The notes under the pieces are model-generated. The model had not been told where the DNA came from. It worked only from the letters and a program-made list of their open reading frames with translations, and made no database searches. Shown here piece by piece: positions 13,045 to 25,513 of a DNA stretch of 64,000 nucleotides; positions within the stretch are counted from its first letter, which is position 1, and every line of letters starts with the position of its first letter. A program made the position numbers and the translations under genes. The DNA lies in assembly GCA_013265495.1 (NCBI GenBank), contig MU057880.1, positions 1,394,527 through 1,458,526 of the forward strand, read 5' to 3'. This DNA comes from Vicugna vicugna (Eukaryota).

Positions 13045-13559
13045 AAAAAAAGTGATTTTATGAAAAGAATGCACTTTTTGTAAATGGTAATGTGACTGCT
13101 ACCACCAGTCTCTTTTTACAAATTATTTAAATCCTATGTAGAGATTTTCTGTAGAAAGCCAAATCAGCTAACAGGATGTGGAAAAGCAGAAACTCACCAA
13201 CTAATTAACAAAAACTTGTTATCACATCTAACAGATACCCACAACAAATAGATCGGCTGTTTTAGTGGTCATCTTGGAAATGGTAATAACTTTGGAAACA
13301 TGTGAGTCCATTTGGAATGTTGAGGAGGAGTTTTACAAAGGAGGAAACATAAAGGAGAATCTTAGTGAGTAAACAGAAGTTTCCAGGCAGGAAAGGAAGA
13401 CGAACATTTCAGTCTGAAGCTGTCCAAGAGTTGAGCCTTCAGAATGTGAGACTGGTTATGCTTGTGTGGTGATGGTGTAAAATTGTGGGCTGGGGCAGGA
13501 GAAATGCATTGGAAAGGTGAGTTGGGGTTTATTTTCTTGTCAAAAGGTAAAGCAAATTC

Positions 13560-13960
13560 AATCTCAGGTACCTTAACTGAAAGATAATGAATTAGCTTAT
13601 ATGACTGAAAATCTAGGGTGAGTTAAATGTCTATTCTTGGTCTCTCCTCGACTCAGGGCATTTCTTCATCAGCACGACGGAGTTTCCCATCTGCTTTGCT
13701 CAGTTCTGTGTCTCCTCTGTTGGGTTCATGTTTCGCTGGAGGATCTCTTTATCCTGGGTAGGGTTTCTACCCCATGTCACTCCTGGGGAAAGAGGTCGAA
13801 GCTCCCTCTGGCCACGCCCATGCTTGACCCGTGAGTCAGTCTGGCTGGGTTGACCAGTTGCCTTCCTGAGCCCACGCTGCTCTGTACTGTTGCCAAAGTA
13901 AGGTTCTCCTGCACCCCTGCAGCTGAGGGTGGAGTCCCACTGGGAGAACTCAGGGGACCT
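13560..13960 (-). mobile_element. Old MaLR (MLT1-type) LTR remnant
   Basis: Loose resemblance to MLT1J/K motifs (ctctgttgggttcatg, ctggctgggttgaccagttgccttcctgagcc); highly decayed. Confidence 0.4.
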
Positions 13961-14140
13961 GGGTTATGGCAGCTTTAAAACAACAGGTTCACTCCAGTCC
14001 ATCCCTTTGGCCACCTAATATACACACACAATTTATTCTTAATCCCTTATTCCCGGTTACTACACCCAGGTCTAAGCCTCTGCCCTCCGGTTAATATCAG
14101 CTCCACCCATCAGGCCTGGGTATGGGTGCTTATGGTCTGG

Positions 14141-14363
14141 CAAACTACTATATATAAAATAGCTAAACAACAAGTTTCTGTCGTACGGCACAGGGAACTG
14201 TATTCAACATCTTGTAGTAACTTGTGGTGAAAAAGAATACGAAAATGAGTATATGCATGTATATGATTGAATCATTATACTGTACACCAGAAATTGACAC
14301 AACATTGACTACATTTCAATAAAAAAAGAATGTGCGTAAAATTTTTTTAAAAAGAAAAAAAAA
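14141..14363 (+). mobile_element. 5'-truncated LINE-1 3' end
   Basis: caaactactatatataaaatag...caccagaaattgacacaacattg, AATAAA and A-rich tail. Confidence 0.88.
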
Positions 14364-15095
14364 CACTTATAAAAAATTTAAGTGGGCTTTCAATCCATGT
14401 GTTCTAGATAATTCCATGGGCTCCTACTAAAAACCAGATATCTCTTCAAGCCAGCATTTGTATTAGAACCAGGACCCCTATTTTCCCCTTAATTCCCTCC
14501 AGCCACTTTGCTCTGCCCCCGGCTCCCAACCTTCATCCAAGTCATCCACACCTTGCTTCTGCCCTGGGGTAACTTAACACTCTGACATTGACAGGGGGAG
14601 ACGTGACTACTGACTCCTGTTCCCACATACCTGTACGTGGCATCTGTGAGGTGGGGTCGTCACCCTCCTTTCCAGGTGGTTTAAAAGAGGAGCTTCTTTG
14701 GAGGAGGTGAAAACGACTCCTCAAAGATTTTAATATAATTTCCTGCTATTGTTCCTACTCACCTGCTTTTGTTGGCAGTCACTTCAGTTTGGAGGAGAGA
14801 ATTCAGCTTTCACATTTCTCAGCGACCTTGAATGAGTCTCAGGCAACAAAGGCATTTCTTAGTAAAGCCACATTTTTTTTTCCCATCTGCCCTCAGACGA
14901 ACCAATTTCAACCTAAGCTGGTCTTTTCATTACAAAATGCACAGGGGGCCATAAGAACAAGATCACACGCCGAAGTCCTGCATTTTTCACATCAAGACCA
15001 GGAATGGAGCTGCCTCAGTAAGGGCAAGTTCTGAACACTAAAACAGGTGTAAGTTTACCTATTTCCGACCTCTGCAACCAAAGCACAGGTATTAC

Positions 15096-15476
15096 TGAAA
15101 CTTAGCAGGCCCTGGGGGGCCTTCCCTGGTACAAAACTTTCTGTGCCCCCCATTTCTGTTTGTAGGAACTAGGGTACATTCAGTCTCCTTGACCGTCCCT
15201 TATTTCCAAAGGGCAGAATCAAACAGTTGCTAATCCAGCAAGGGAGGGAATTCAGAGAAAAGGGAGGAACAGTCAAGAAACAATAGTGTAACCTTGGGGC
15301 AGGGCCCTGGTTCCTCCTCAAGGAGTATGCATATCTTTAAGTTCTTCTGCAGGAACTAAGGCCCCCAACCCCTGCCTCTTGTTTATGGCTGAGCAGAACC
15401 TTTGGAGACCGTGTTTTGCGGGGACACTGAGTCTACCAGACTATTGGTATTCTGATTAAAAGCAACTTTCCTTTCT
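15096..15476 (+). mobile_element. ERV1 LTR (artiodactyl MER41-like), partly deleted
   Basis: Starts tgaaacttagcagg; first ~270 nt homologous to the inverted copy at 15933-16221. Confidence 0.75.
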
Positions 15477-15770
15477 GTTACCAAGGCTATTGCCTCTAGG
15501 ATCACATGCTTGCTCCTCCCTCAAAAAGAAACCAATTACTCTTATCTAAGTCTCAGGAGACAGCTGCAATGAGAAGAAATAAGAACTGGTTAGACCCTAC
15601 TGAGCCCAAGATGGTGGAGGATTTGACGTCCAGTGGACCTTGAGCCTCATTATACACTTATTGCAATGCATTAACATGCTGAATGACACACCCACCAACA
15701 CCTTGACAAGTAACAGTTGCCATGACAGCAACCAGAAAAGCCCATGTAAGGAAGGAAGACAAGGCAGTTG
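15477..15770 (+). mobile_element. MER41-like LTR core fragment
   Basis: cccaagatggtgg...cctcattatacacttattgcaatgcattaacatgctgaatgacacacccaccaacacc closely parallels the MER41 body as I recall it. Confidence 0.65.
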
Positions 15771-15932
15771 ACTCCATCACACCCTGAGCAAGGACCTGAT
15801 GGTGGAAGCCTCACATGAAAGTCCACGTGGTCCAAGCTGCAGCTGGACTGTCTCAACCAGCTGTCTTGGCTGATGGCTCCCTGCAAAGGCACTTTTTCCT
15901 CTTCTGAGCAATAAAACAGCCATTCACCTGGG

Positions 15933-16221
15933 TGGGGGCCTTAGTTCCTGCAGAAGAACTCAAAGGTACTGTTATGTGTATCCCTTGAGGAGGAACCAGG
16001 ACCCCACCCCGAGGCTGCACTACTGTTTTTTGACTGCTCCTCCTTTGTCTCTGCATTCCCTCCCTTCCCTGAGTAGCAACTGTTTGAATCTGCCCTTTTG
16101 AGAGAATTTGCTCTCAGGGACGGTCAAGGAGGCTGAATGAACACTAGTTCCTACGAATAGAAATGGGGGGCACGTAAAGATTTATACCAGGGAGGACCCC
16201 ACAGGGTCCTGCTCAGTTTGT
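15933..16221 (-). mobile_element. ERV1 LTR 5' portion, inverted relative to the 15096 copy
   Basis: Reverse complement reads aaactgagcaggaccctgtgggg...gagttcttctgcaggaactaaggccccca, colinear with 15096-15367. Confidence 0.8.
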
Positions 16222-16259
16222 GTCAGAGGCCAGGTGATAATGCTGATGTGTTGTCTTAC

Positions 16260-16697
16260 TGTTGTAGGAGAATAGGTTCTTGCCTCGGGCAGGAAAGAAT
16301 TCAAGAGTGAGGCATCGTAAAGTGAAATCAAGTTTATTTAGCTAGATATACACTCTATAGACAGAGTGGGCTGCCTCAGAAGTCAAGAGAGAGAGAGCAA
16401 CCACAAGGTCTGGGGTGGGTAGTTTTCATGGACTCAGTAATTTCATTTGTTAATAAGTAGGAGGATTATTCCAACTACTTGAGGAAGGGGTGGGGTTTCC
16501 AGGAATTGGGCCCCGCCCACTTTTGGACCTTTTACGGTCAGCCCAGGCACTGTCATGGCACCTGTGGGTGAGCATGAGGCTCAGGGTCTACTGGGAGTCG
16601 AATCTTCTGCCATCTTGGTTCTAACCAGTCTATCCTGTTCTCAACTGCTGTGTCATTCCTTCAATGGTTGTGCCCTGCCCCCTTTCCCCCTGTCCCA
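16260..16697 (-). mobile_element. Solo ERV1 LTR, MER41-like
   Basis: TG...CA termini, perfect 4-bp TSD TTAC (16256-16259 / 16698-16701), reverse ccaagatggc motif, GAS TTCCAGGAA at 16497-16505. Confidence 0.85.
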
Positions 16698-17179
16698 TTA
16701 CCTTGTGGACATGGGACACCTGTGTGCCTGGATCTCTCCCTGCACCTCCAGCACCTCGTCCTCCATCTTCTCTGGGTCCAGGGAAAGCGTGAGTCTTCCT
16801 TGTTGGGAAGTACATTAGCTTCTTCAGCAAGGCACGTGCAGTCAAGGTCAAGGGGTGACTCATGGGCTCAGGTTCTTGTTTGTCCTCATGTGTCCCAGCT
16901 CATTTTTGTGGGTTCCAATGTGAATTCACAGGTTCCCATTTTCTCTCTTTCTGCCCACATTTTATGCCTCATTTTCCTTCTTGAATGCCAGTTTCAGTGC
17001 TGTCACTGGACGTGGAGACCATGGACTCTCATGGATTTTGTCAGCAGCCTTCACAGTTGAGGAAGGTTTTATCTTAGTAACAAATCCCCTTTTCTTTATG
17101 GCTTAAGGTTGTTGTACTTCCCGAGTCAAAACCTAATGCAGATAGGTTCTCTTTTCCTCTTCCCAATATGACAAGGGTA

Positions 17180-17520
17180 ACTCCCAATGACATCCTCCCA
17201 AGTTCAAGTCTACAGGAAAAGCTTTATGTCTCTTTTGAGTCCTGAGATCTCTTCTTATTGGATCACCTTGGGTCACCTGGTCATTTCCTACCAACCTCTG
17301 CAACCAGGAAGGGAAAATGGTCCATACTGGCTAAGCCTGGTTCATATGTCCACCCTTAAATTAGTCAGCACTGTCTAGAGAATTCAATATATTGACTGGC
17401 CAACCCTGAGCCACATGCTCTTGTTCTGAAAAAGTGGGTACCCTGAGCGACAAGGGATTGATTTCCAAAAGAGTTCAGAATGTTACCAGAGAGAGAGGAA
17501 TCAGGGAGTGTTCACTACAG
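17180..17520 (-). mobile_element. Old MaLR (MLT1-type) LTR remnant
   Basis: ttggatcaccttgggtcacctgg / tactggctaagcctggttcatatgtccaccc / ttgactggccaaccctgagccacatgc resemble MLT1 repeated blocks. Confidence 0.45.
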
Positions 17521-17825
17521 GAGCGACTCTAATCTGTGTAGGTTATGTCTGGACATATTTTATAGTAAAGGAGAGTCATTAGGGTTTCTAGAAGTAGAGG
17601 ACTCTGATCACCCAGTGGGCTGCTAATGCTTCTTTTCTCAGGACCATATTTCATGTGATTTTATTTTCTCCCTCCCAGAACTGTGCCTACAGCATAGTAG
17701 TTGCTAAAAAATCATCAGAATGTTGGATAATATGACCTCTGTTTCTGAAAGAAGGTCAGATGTTGTGTGGAGGATGGATAAGTGGAAAATCATTAAGCCA
17801 GAAGGATGGTTCTGCCTAGACGGAA

Positions 17826-17950
17826 GGGGGAGGGTATGGCTCAGTGGTAGAGTGTGTGCTTAGCATGCACATGGTCCTAGGTTCAATCCCCAGCACCTAC
17901 ATTAAAAATAAAGATAAATAAACCTAAAATTTTAAATATAATTAAAAAAA
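17826..17950 (+). mobile_element. tRNA-Ala-derived SINE (vic-1-like)
   Basis: gggggagggtatggctcagtggtagagtgtgtgcttagcatgcacatggtcctaggttcaatccccagc with A-rich tail. Confidence 0.92.
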
Positions 17951-19380
17951 TACAAGAAGATGGAAAGAGAAGGGCTCAAGGCTGGGATTTTGAGATGCAC
18001 CAATGTTTAAGGGCAAAGGAGGAAGCGGTGACAAAGGAAATTGAGAAACAGCAGTAAAAATGGTTAAAGATATTGGAGTAAGTCCATCTTGTGACTTCAT
18101 GAGGCCAAGACATGGACAAGCCCTCTGAGGAAAATGGAATGTTTATATGCTGAAGCAATTTTTAAATGCATTCATGGTTGTGCATGGCTCTGAGCAAATG
18201 AGAAATGGATTTTTTTTTAATAGGAAGGAAGTTTGGATGAACAACTAAACATAAAAGGGTATATTTTATTTGAAAATACACACAACTTTAAAGACAGGAA
18301 CCGAGGAAGATGTAATCTGCTCCTAGGGGAAGAAAAAAGTTATATAAAGATTTGACAATTCATCAAAGTTTATCACAGGATTCCCAGATGAATCTAGCTT
18401 TCAGTACATACTCTAACATCAACATTTAACTTCGAACATTGCACGTGACATTTGGGAACACGCCAACCTTGTTATTCATCAGTAACACTCTTAAGTGATT
18501 CCTAATAAGAAACACATGTTTCACGTATCATAAATACATTTGTTATTCTTCTGTTGCTTCTCATTTTTAGAATTAATTTTCTTGACTCAGCTCCTGAGTG
18601 TTCATTTAACCAGGGCCACCACCCAAACAGAAAACCTCAGTGAAGTTCAGGCTCTGTGACTGGTACTCCAGCCTCTTGGGAAGACAGTGTGGAGTTGTAA
18701 TCCATTGTATGCTGTCTAACTCTGATGGACAGAGTAAGCGACGTTCTCATGGCTTGACTCTCTAATAACAGATGTGCAAAAAAACAAGTCGTGTCATGAT
18801 TGGTTTGGGAATTTCAAACCTAAAACTGGCACCAGTCAAGTATGAATTATAAAGTTCAAAGCATCATACAGATATTAGCGGCATTCTTTTGTTCACAGAA
18901 CATCAGCACGTAGGCACAACAATTACTGCCACACCACATATACTTATTAAATCCTGGTAGTTAGATAATGTCTGTCTCAGTTGTAACGGTATTTTTTTTC
19001 TATCCTTTGTTCTTTCTGCCAAGGTATTAGAACTTACCAACTTGCAGTTTTTATTTTTGAGTAAATTTCAAAAAGAAAAAAGCAATGACATACAAAAAAC
19101 CCCACCATAATAAAGAACAATTAAAAGAAAAGTGAAGCTGCTAGTTACAGGTTGTTCATGAATTGGGCAATGTTAGTGAGATATTTCAGTGCCCAGCATA
19201 TCAAATTAATTACAATGACTCTCAGCCTTTTCTTTACATAAGATTTCCAAGTCGGCTTTTTTTAATACACATCAAAATAAAACTCTGATGCTATGAAGAC
19301 AGAATTCAAACTGTAAGGCAAAAGTTGTCAACAAAATGTGAACTTTCATCGACTAAACTTTTGGGATTAAAAAAAGCTGG

Positions 19381-19440
19381 AACATTGTGCTGTACACCAG
19401 AAACTGACACATTGTAACTGACTATACTTCAGGCAAAAAA
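19381..19440 (+). mobile_element. Very short LINE-1 3' tip
   Basis: tgtgctgtacaccagaaactgacacattgtaactgactatacttc plus A run. Confidence 0.8.
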
Positions 19441-21459
19441 TAGTCATTATGATGTATAATTATAAACTTTTATAAATCACTGGAAAAATAATAAAAATGA
19501 GAACGCTACATTACAAAAGTGATAGAATTGACTCAAAGCCAAACTCGAATGTGATTCTATGATTAAGCAATAACACAAAAATGAACCAAGCCTTCAATTT
19601 AGAATAGTCTGGAAAAAACTTGTAAAGTCACATTCTTCCCTCCTCTGCCTCCAAGAAAAGAAGGGAGGGAAAAAAGAAACATGTAGGAAGGGAAGAGTTA
19701 TTAGAAGTGAATGTACAAAGTAAGAAAATATAACAATAGCAAAGGAAATAAAAGAATTAATTCTTCTGGAAAAAAAATTGGAAAGTTAAATTTCTGCTAA
19801 CTGTAATCAGGAAGTACTAATTTTTTCCTGAGAAAGGAGGAATAAAACAACGTATAAGAAGGAGATTAAATTATAAGACATTACCGGATATTCCTCAATG
19901 CTATGACATTTGAAATTTTCTATGAAATAAGTAATTTTGTAGAAGGTAATAAACATCTCCAAGTATACCAAGAAATAGGAAATGAAATGAAAAAAATACA
20001 TATTGAAAAATTATTTGCACATAAAACTCTGAATAGAAACAGATGGCATTACAGATGTACAAGGAACAGAGTCAACATTTCCATGCCAAGTCGTGGAGTC
20101 AAGAGCTTAGAAAAGGATGGAAAACGGTCCCCTTCAGCCTTTGAAGGTAATGGTGTTCTGAAAGTGGAGAGCAATCATTTTTTATGATCGTGAAAGTGAA
20201 AATTCAAAATAAAACCTTAGTGTATTGCATAAAACAGACTATGAAGCAAATGAGACTATTTTCACATAGTTTTTATTCCGTGAGAGGAATCAATATTAGA
20301 AACATGTGATCTAACACATTTGTGTGTCCAATAAGAAAAAAAATCACCCATTTCAGAAGAGGCTAAAAGTATATTTGATCATCTTCAATACATACTGTGG
20401 GTCAAAGCTCTTGGAAAATGAGGACTAGAAAGATCTTTCTTTGATTCCAGTCATTTTCCTGTGTCCAAACCAGCCATCTACTTTCATGGGTCCACCCTCT
20501 ACTCTCTTGTCATTAGTCTCTAATTGAAACTTGTTTTTGTTTTTGTTTTTGTTTTTGAATAACCACAAGTTTTATTTTTCTGGTTCACTTTCTCCACAAA
20601 TCCCCGGGCGACCATTGTGTGACTAGTACAAGTCTTCAATTCATTTCTCCTGCTACATTATTTTCCGCCTCCCGCACCGTCACTTACCTTTCGGTCTGTT
20701 AACCCAACTGCTTACCTACATGGTACTTGCAGCCTGATCGCAGAACTCAGAAAAAGTGTAGCTGATTTCACTCCAAGTTACCCACATGCCGCAAAACGTG
20801 CTCAACCCCATCTGAGACTCCTACTCAGTTTCCCGTAATCTGAGATGAGTTTGCTGCCCCCATCTTCTCTCCTCGAAGTTGACCCCATCTCCTCTGGCAA
20901 GCCTCACTATCAGAAAACGATTCAGTTTTATAATTTCTGGATTAACTAGATGCAGGGTTATAAGACCCTCTTCTTGACTCATCTACAAATATAAAAACAT
21001 AGCTGTGTGTGTATGGATGATGTGCACTCTGCTTGTTAAAATGGGAGAGGGGTCCCTGCTCCAAGCAGACCAACTCCTCCACCGTGTTTTGTCACTTTCA
21101 CACACACAATTTGACACCTCTCTTCACTCCGCTTGTTAAGATGGACGTGCCCCTGCACTCATCACAGGTGCGCCTGACGGTTCACCTGAATTCTAGCCCT
21201 TGGTCCTCCTCAAGGGTTCATCCATCTGCCTCCGCTGTGGAGCACAGGTCTCTCCCCCACACCTAGTTCACAACGACTGGGATACAGTCAGATCCTCAGC
21301 GTGTCTCTCGACCATCTCTGCTCGAAGAGCGACCACAGTTACAACAAAGACAATAAAACTTTGACTCTGCATTAATTTAGTTTCTCTGTATTTTTCTCAG
21401 CATCACTATACATCACTGTCCTCACTCATTGCCCCGATTTCATTCCCCCCTTCACTGTT

Positions 21460-23650
21460 TTAATATCATTTTTTTTGAGAAGGCAATACATGATGTGGTA
21501 CAAAATTCCAGCAGTACAAAATGTCAGTTTAAAGTGATCTCTAATACTTAGGTCTCTCTTTCTTAAAGTGATATTTTTCTGCTTAATGATTGATCACTGA
21601 GGTCTCTCATGGAAGTCACATAAGTGTGCCTCACTATTTTCAAGTCCTTTGTGGCTTGCTGTCCCATAGAAGCCACTCTGAAAATTTTGTCATTACATCT
21701 TTACAGCATGTGTTTATAGAGTAAACATTTAAAAATGGAATTGTCAAATCTGAGGATATGTTTATTTACAATTTTGATAGTTGTTGTGAAATTGTCTTCC
21801 AGAGGGTTGTACCAACTTGTGATGATACTAACACAAGGGTGTGAATGCTATGTTCTTGTTAATACGGTGCATTAACAAAATTTTGCTTTTCACCAAAAGC
21901 ATTAACTGAAAACTTGGTATCCAAAGGTAATTTTTAAAAACAGCTTTATTGAGGGATAATTGATCCACAAATGACTGTACCTGTTTACCACGTATATTTC
22001 AGTGAGTCTGGCCATATGCAAACGTGCATGAAACTGTCATCACAATCGAGGAAACAAACATGTCTCACCCCTCCCCAAACCTCCTTGTATCCCTTTGTGT
22101 GTGTGGTAATGACACTTAGCATCAGATCTACCCTCTTAACAAAATTTAAAGTGCACAGCGTTGTGTTGTTTCCTCTAGGCACATGAAGTTTCAGTTATGC
22201 AGTCAGAATGTAAATTACAATTTACACTCATTTTGTTATGATTGAGCGTGATCAGAGCTTGAAAATTTAAAAGGCTTTGTATTTCTTTCCTCTAACTCCG
22301 TCACCCTACATAGTTACAAAGCATTTTTTCTTGTGACTAGAACTGTTAATGTCTACTCTCTCTGCAACTTTCAAATATATGACCCAGTGTTATTAACTGG
22401 GTCTACAGTCACCATTCTGTACCTTACATTCCTGTGACTTATTTATTTTGTAGCTAGGAGTTTGTACATTTTGACCCCCTTCACCTATTTCACCCAGCCC
22501 CAACTCCCCACCTCTGGCAACTACTAACATTTCTCTGTATTTTAAATTTTTTTTAGATTTCACATATAATTGAGACCATATGATATTTGTCTTTCTCTGA
22601 CTTATGTCACTTACAGTAATGCCCTTAAGGCCTTCATGTTGTCACAAATAGAAAGATTTCCTTAGTTTTCATGGCTGAATAATATTCCATTACATATATA
22701 TACATATCACATTTTCTTTATCCATCCATCCATCGATGGACACCTATGTTGCTTCTCTAACTTGTCTATTGTAAATAACACTGCAATGAACATGAGGATG
22801 CCTCTTATCAGATATTTGTTACTAAAATACCTGAGCCATTAAATCTGCAATTTGTTGCTTTTTATTTTTGCTGCCATGGAAAACTCTTTAACTTTGATGA
22901 ACTCCAGTTTATCAATATTTCCTTTAATTGATTCTGCATCTTGCTTACAAAGATTTTCCACTATGCTTCAAAAGACATTTGAATGACTGTAAGAGAATTT
23001 TTCAATGTTTTCCTTTCACATCTATGATTTTTTTTTTAGCTTTGAAAACACTGATCTTACTGAAACTTATTTAGTAGGAGGGTTGGGAGAGGGAGTCTGC
23101 TTCACTTATTTTCTCCAGATGTTCTCCCGGGACCCCACCATCGCCTCATCCAGACCCACCCTGCTCCCTCACCCTGCTGATTTACGATGCCACTTTCACG
23201 AGCGATCAGCCGTCCATACGCATTTAGGACCACGTCTGGTTCTTTGTTATATTGACTGTTTGTGGCCAGTACCAATTTTTTTTTTTTTTGCTGTTTTACA
23301 ACATTTTATACTATCTCATGGCCACTCTAGCTCATTTGGTCTTCTGCTTCATATTTTTTTGGACATTGCTGTAAGTGTTTTTGTTGTGGTTTTGTTTTTT
23401 TGTTTTGTTTTCTGTATAGAGTTCAGAATCCCATGCGGTAAGTTCCACAAAAAATTCTTGAGTAAATTTGTTAGGATCACGTTAAATAGATAAATTATCT
23501 TAGGGGAAGTAGTTATACTGACAACAAGTCATCTCATCAAAGAACAGATACAAAGGGAATTCAACTTGTTTAATTTCTCCTTTATGAGTTAGTTTTTCCT
23601 TTATAACTTGGTTTTATTTAGTGTTTTACTAATAGAAATTTTGTGGGTTT
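21460..23650 (-). mobile_element. Nested old LINE-1 (L1MA/MB/ME-type) fragments
   Basis: Reverse L1 3' ends (cagctttattgagggataattga ~21941; catttttt...cccacctctggcaactacta...gattt cacatataattgagaccat ~22320-22800) within more decayed L1-like T-rich sequence. Confidence 0.7.
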
Positions 23651-25026
23651 CTGTTTAGACTCAGTCGCAATTTGACGCTACCTAGAATTTTTAAAAATGA
23701 TACTTTCTAGCTGCTTATCATTTCAATCCCTGTTTCACTCAAGTGTGGCTTCTGTGCCCACCAGCCCCGGGAATGTTCCTTGCCAAAGTAACCAGTGGCC
23801 TCTTTCCTGCAGAACCCAGTCAAGGGCCATTTCTCCATCTTTCTTTTGGTGTTCAGCAGCATTGGGACATACACCCAACCCCTCCTCCCTGGAAATCTCC
23901 CCTCTTGGGGCTTCTCTGACGCCACCTTCTCCAGCTGTTCCTCGACCTGCCTCACTAGGAACTTTCCTCTGCCTGCTCTGCCGTCCCTTCCTCCTTACCT
24001 GGCGCTCAGGGCTGGTGATGCTGTGGGTCCTTGTCTCTCCTCTCGCTGCATCAGCTCTCTCCCTGTGACTTCCTTCTGCCTGCTGCACACTGGCTTACAT
24101 GCTGTATCAGGACTGTTGTTAGAGACTGAGGTTTTTAAAACCACTATCCCTCCATTGAATCATTGTTTCTCTGGGAAAAGGTTGCCCATAAACCTCCAAA
24201 AGAAGGTACATCTGTGACACATTTTCAGAAGAGATAACTGACTCCTTCACACATATTATGGGAACGGAGATTTTCACAGTTGAGACAGTACAACTGGCAA
24301 AATGGTGCAAACTTTACCTTGACTCTAGCAAAACCATAAATTGTACAACTTCTACTTGGAATGCCCCAAACAGCCTAATCTAAATTCATTAGCAAAAGTT
24401 AGGGACAATTTGCATCTTCCTCTCTGTCCTCTCAACTAACCAAGATGTATGCCACAGAAAAATACTTCCCACTGGACCTATAGTATAAGACAAAATCACC
24501 AACCAAAACAAGCTAAGAAAAAAAAAGTTATCTGACTTTCGGAAACAAACATCAGCGGATTTTGCAATCATTGCCTGGGTTTCATATGTACCTAGAACTG
24601 GCTTCAAGATTTGTGTCAAGGATTAATAACTCTTTTATATCTGATAATTGCTCTGATGCTTTTGGAAGAAGTATTCTATTCTGCACTTCAAACATTGCTA
24701 ATGTCACATTAGAGTCTCAACAACTCATCTGGGCACAGAAAGAGCAGGTGACAAACCCTAGTTGGACTACAGACTGCTTTCTCCAGGCAAACCTCGGGAT
24801 CAGAAACATCTCTCTGAGCCCCGAGGGAGAACTGGGCAGGAGAATGCAGGTCCCGATGTCTGGGGCTGGCTGGTGCTGCCGGCGAGCTGGGTGCTCGCGC
24901 TGGCCTGCCCCTTGCTGATGCGCCTTGTGCTTTTCTTCAGGTTGTAAACTATTTCCTAGAACTTCAACACCAGACAAGGCCACTTGGTGACCAGGATGAA
25001 TCAAGACAAAAACAAGATGAGAGTCA

Positions 25027-25120
25027 GTGGAGGGTACAGCTCAGTGGTAGAGTGCATGCTTAGCATGCAGGAGGTCCTGGATTCAATCCCCAGTACCTCT
25101 GTCAAAATGGGGGGAAAAAA
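25027..25120 (+). mobile_element. tRNA-Ala-derived SINE (vic-1-like)
   Basis: A and B boxes; TSD aagacaaaa(a)caagat at 25003-25018 and 25121-25135. Confidence 0.92.
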
Positions 25121-25290
25121 AAGACAAAACAAGATCCCTTTTAATCAGGTCTGAACAGAGACAAAACATAAACACTGTCCCAAAACACAAAACACAAAGT
25201 CATTGCCTCATCTTGGCTAAGGTCAGCTCCTGCCATTTTCCACTCACAGATTTAGTTTCAGTCTGGTCTTCTCTCCTCCTGGATAAGATT

Positions 25291-25513
25291 CACACACACA
25301 CACACACACACTACTATACATAAAATAGGTAAACAACAGGGACCTACTGTACAGCACAGAGAACTACATTCAATTTCTTGTTATAACCTATAATAGGAAA
25401 GAATCTGGAAAGGAAATACATACATGCGTGTATATGTATAACTGAATGGCATTGCTGTACACCTGAAACTAACACTGCAATCAACTACACCTCAATAAAA
25501 AATTAAAAAAAAA
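25291..25513 (+). mobile_element. LINE-1 3' end preceded by a (CA)n tract
   Basis: ctactatacataaaataggtaaacaacagggacctactgtacagcacag...caataaaa. Confidence 0.85.

Noticed and set aside
15096..16221. Inverted arms as terminal inverted repeats of a novel DNA transposon
   Set aside because: Arms resemble LTR 5' ends, are clearly diverged with indels, and I see no shared TSD or transposase.
23005..24217. Several overlapping 117-162 aa ORFs
   Set aside because: Lie in decayed L1/L2-like sequence, have biased composition and lack domain or splice support.
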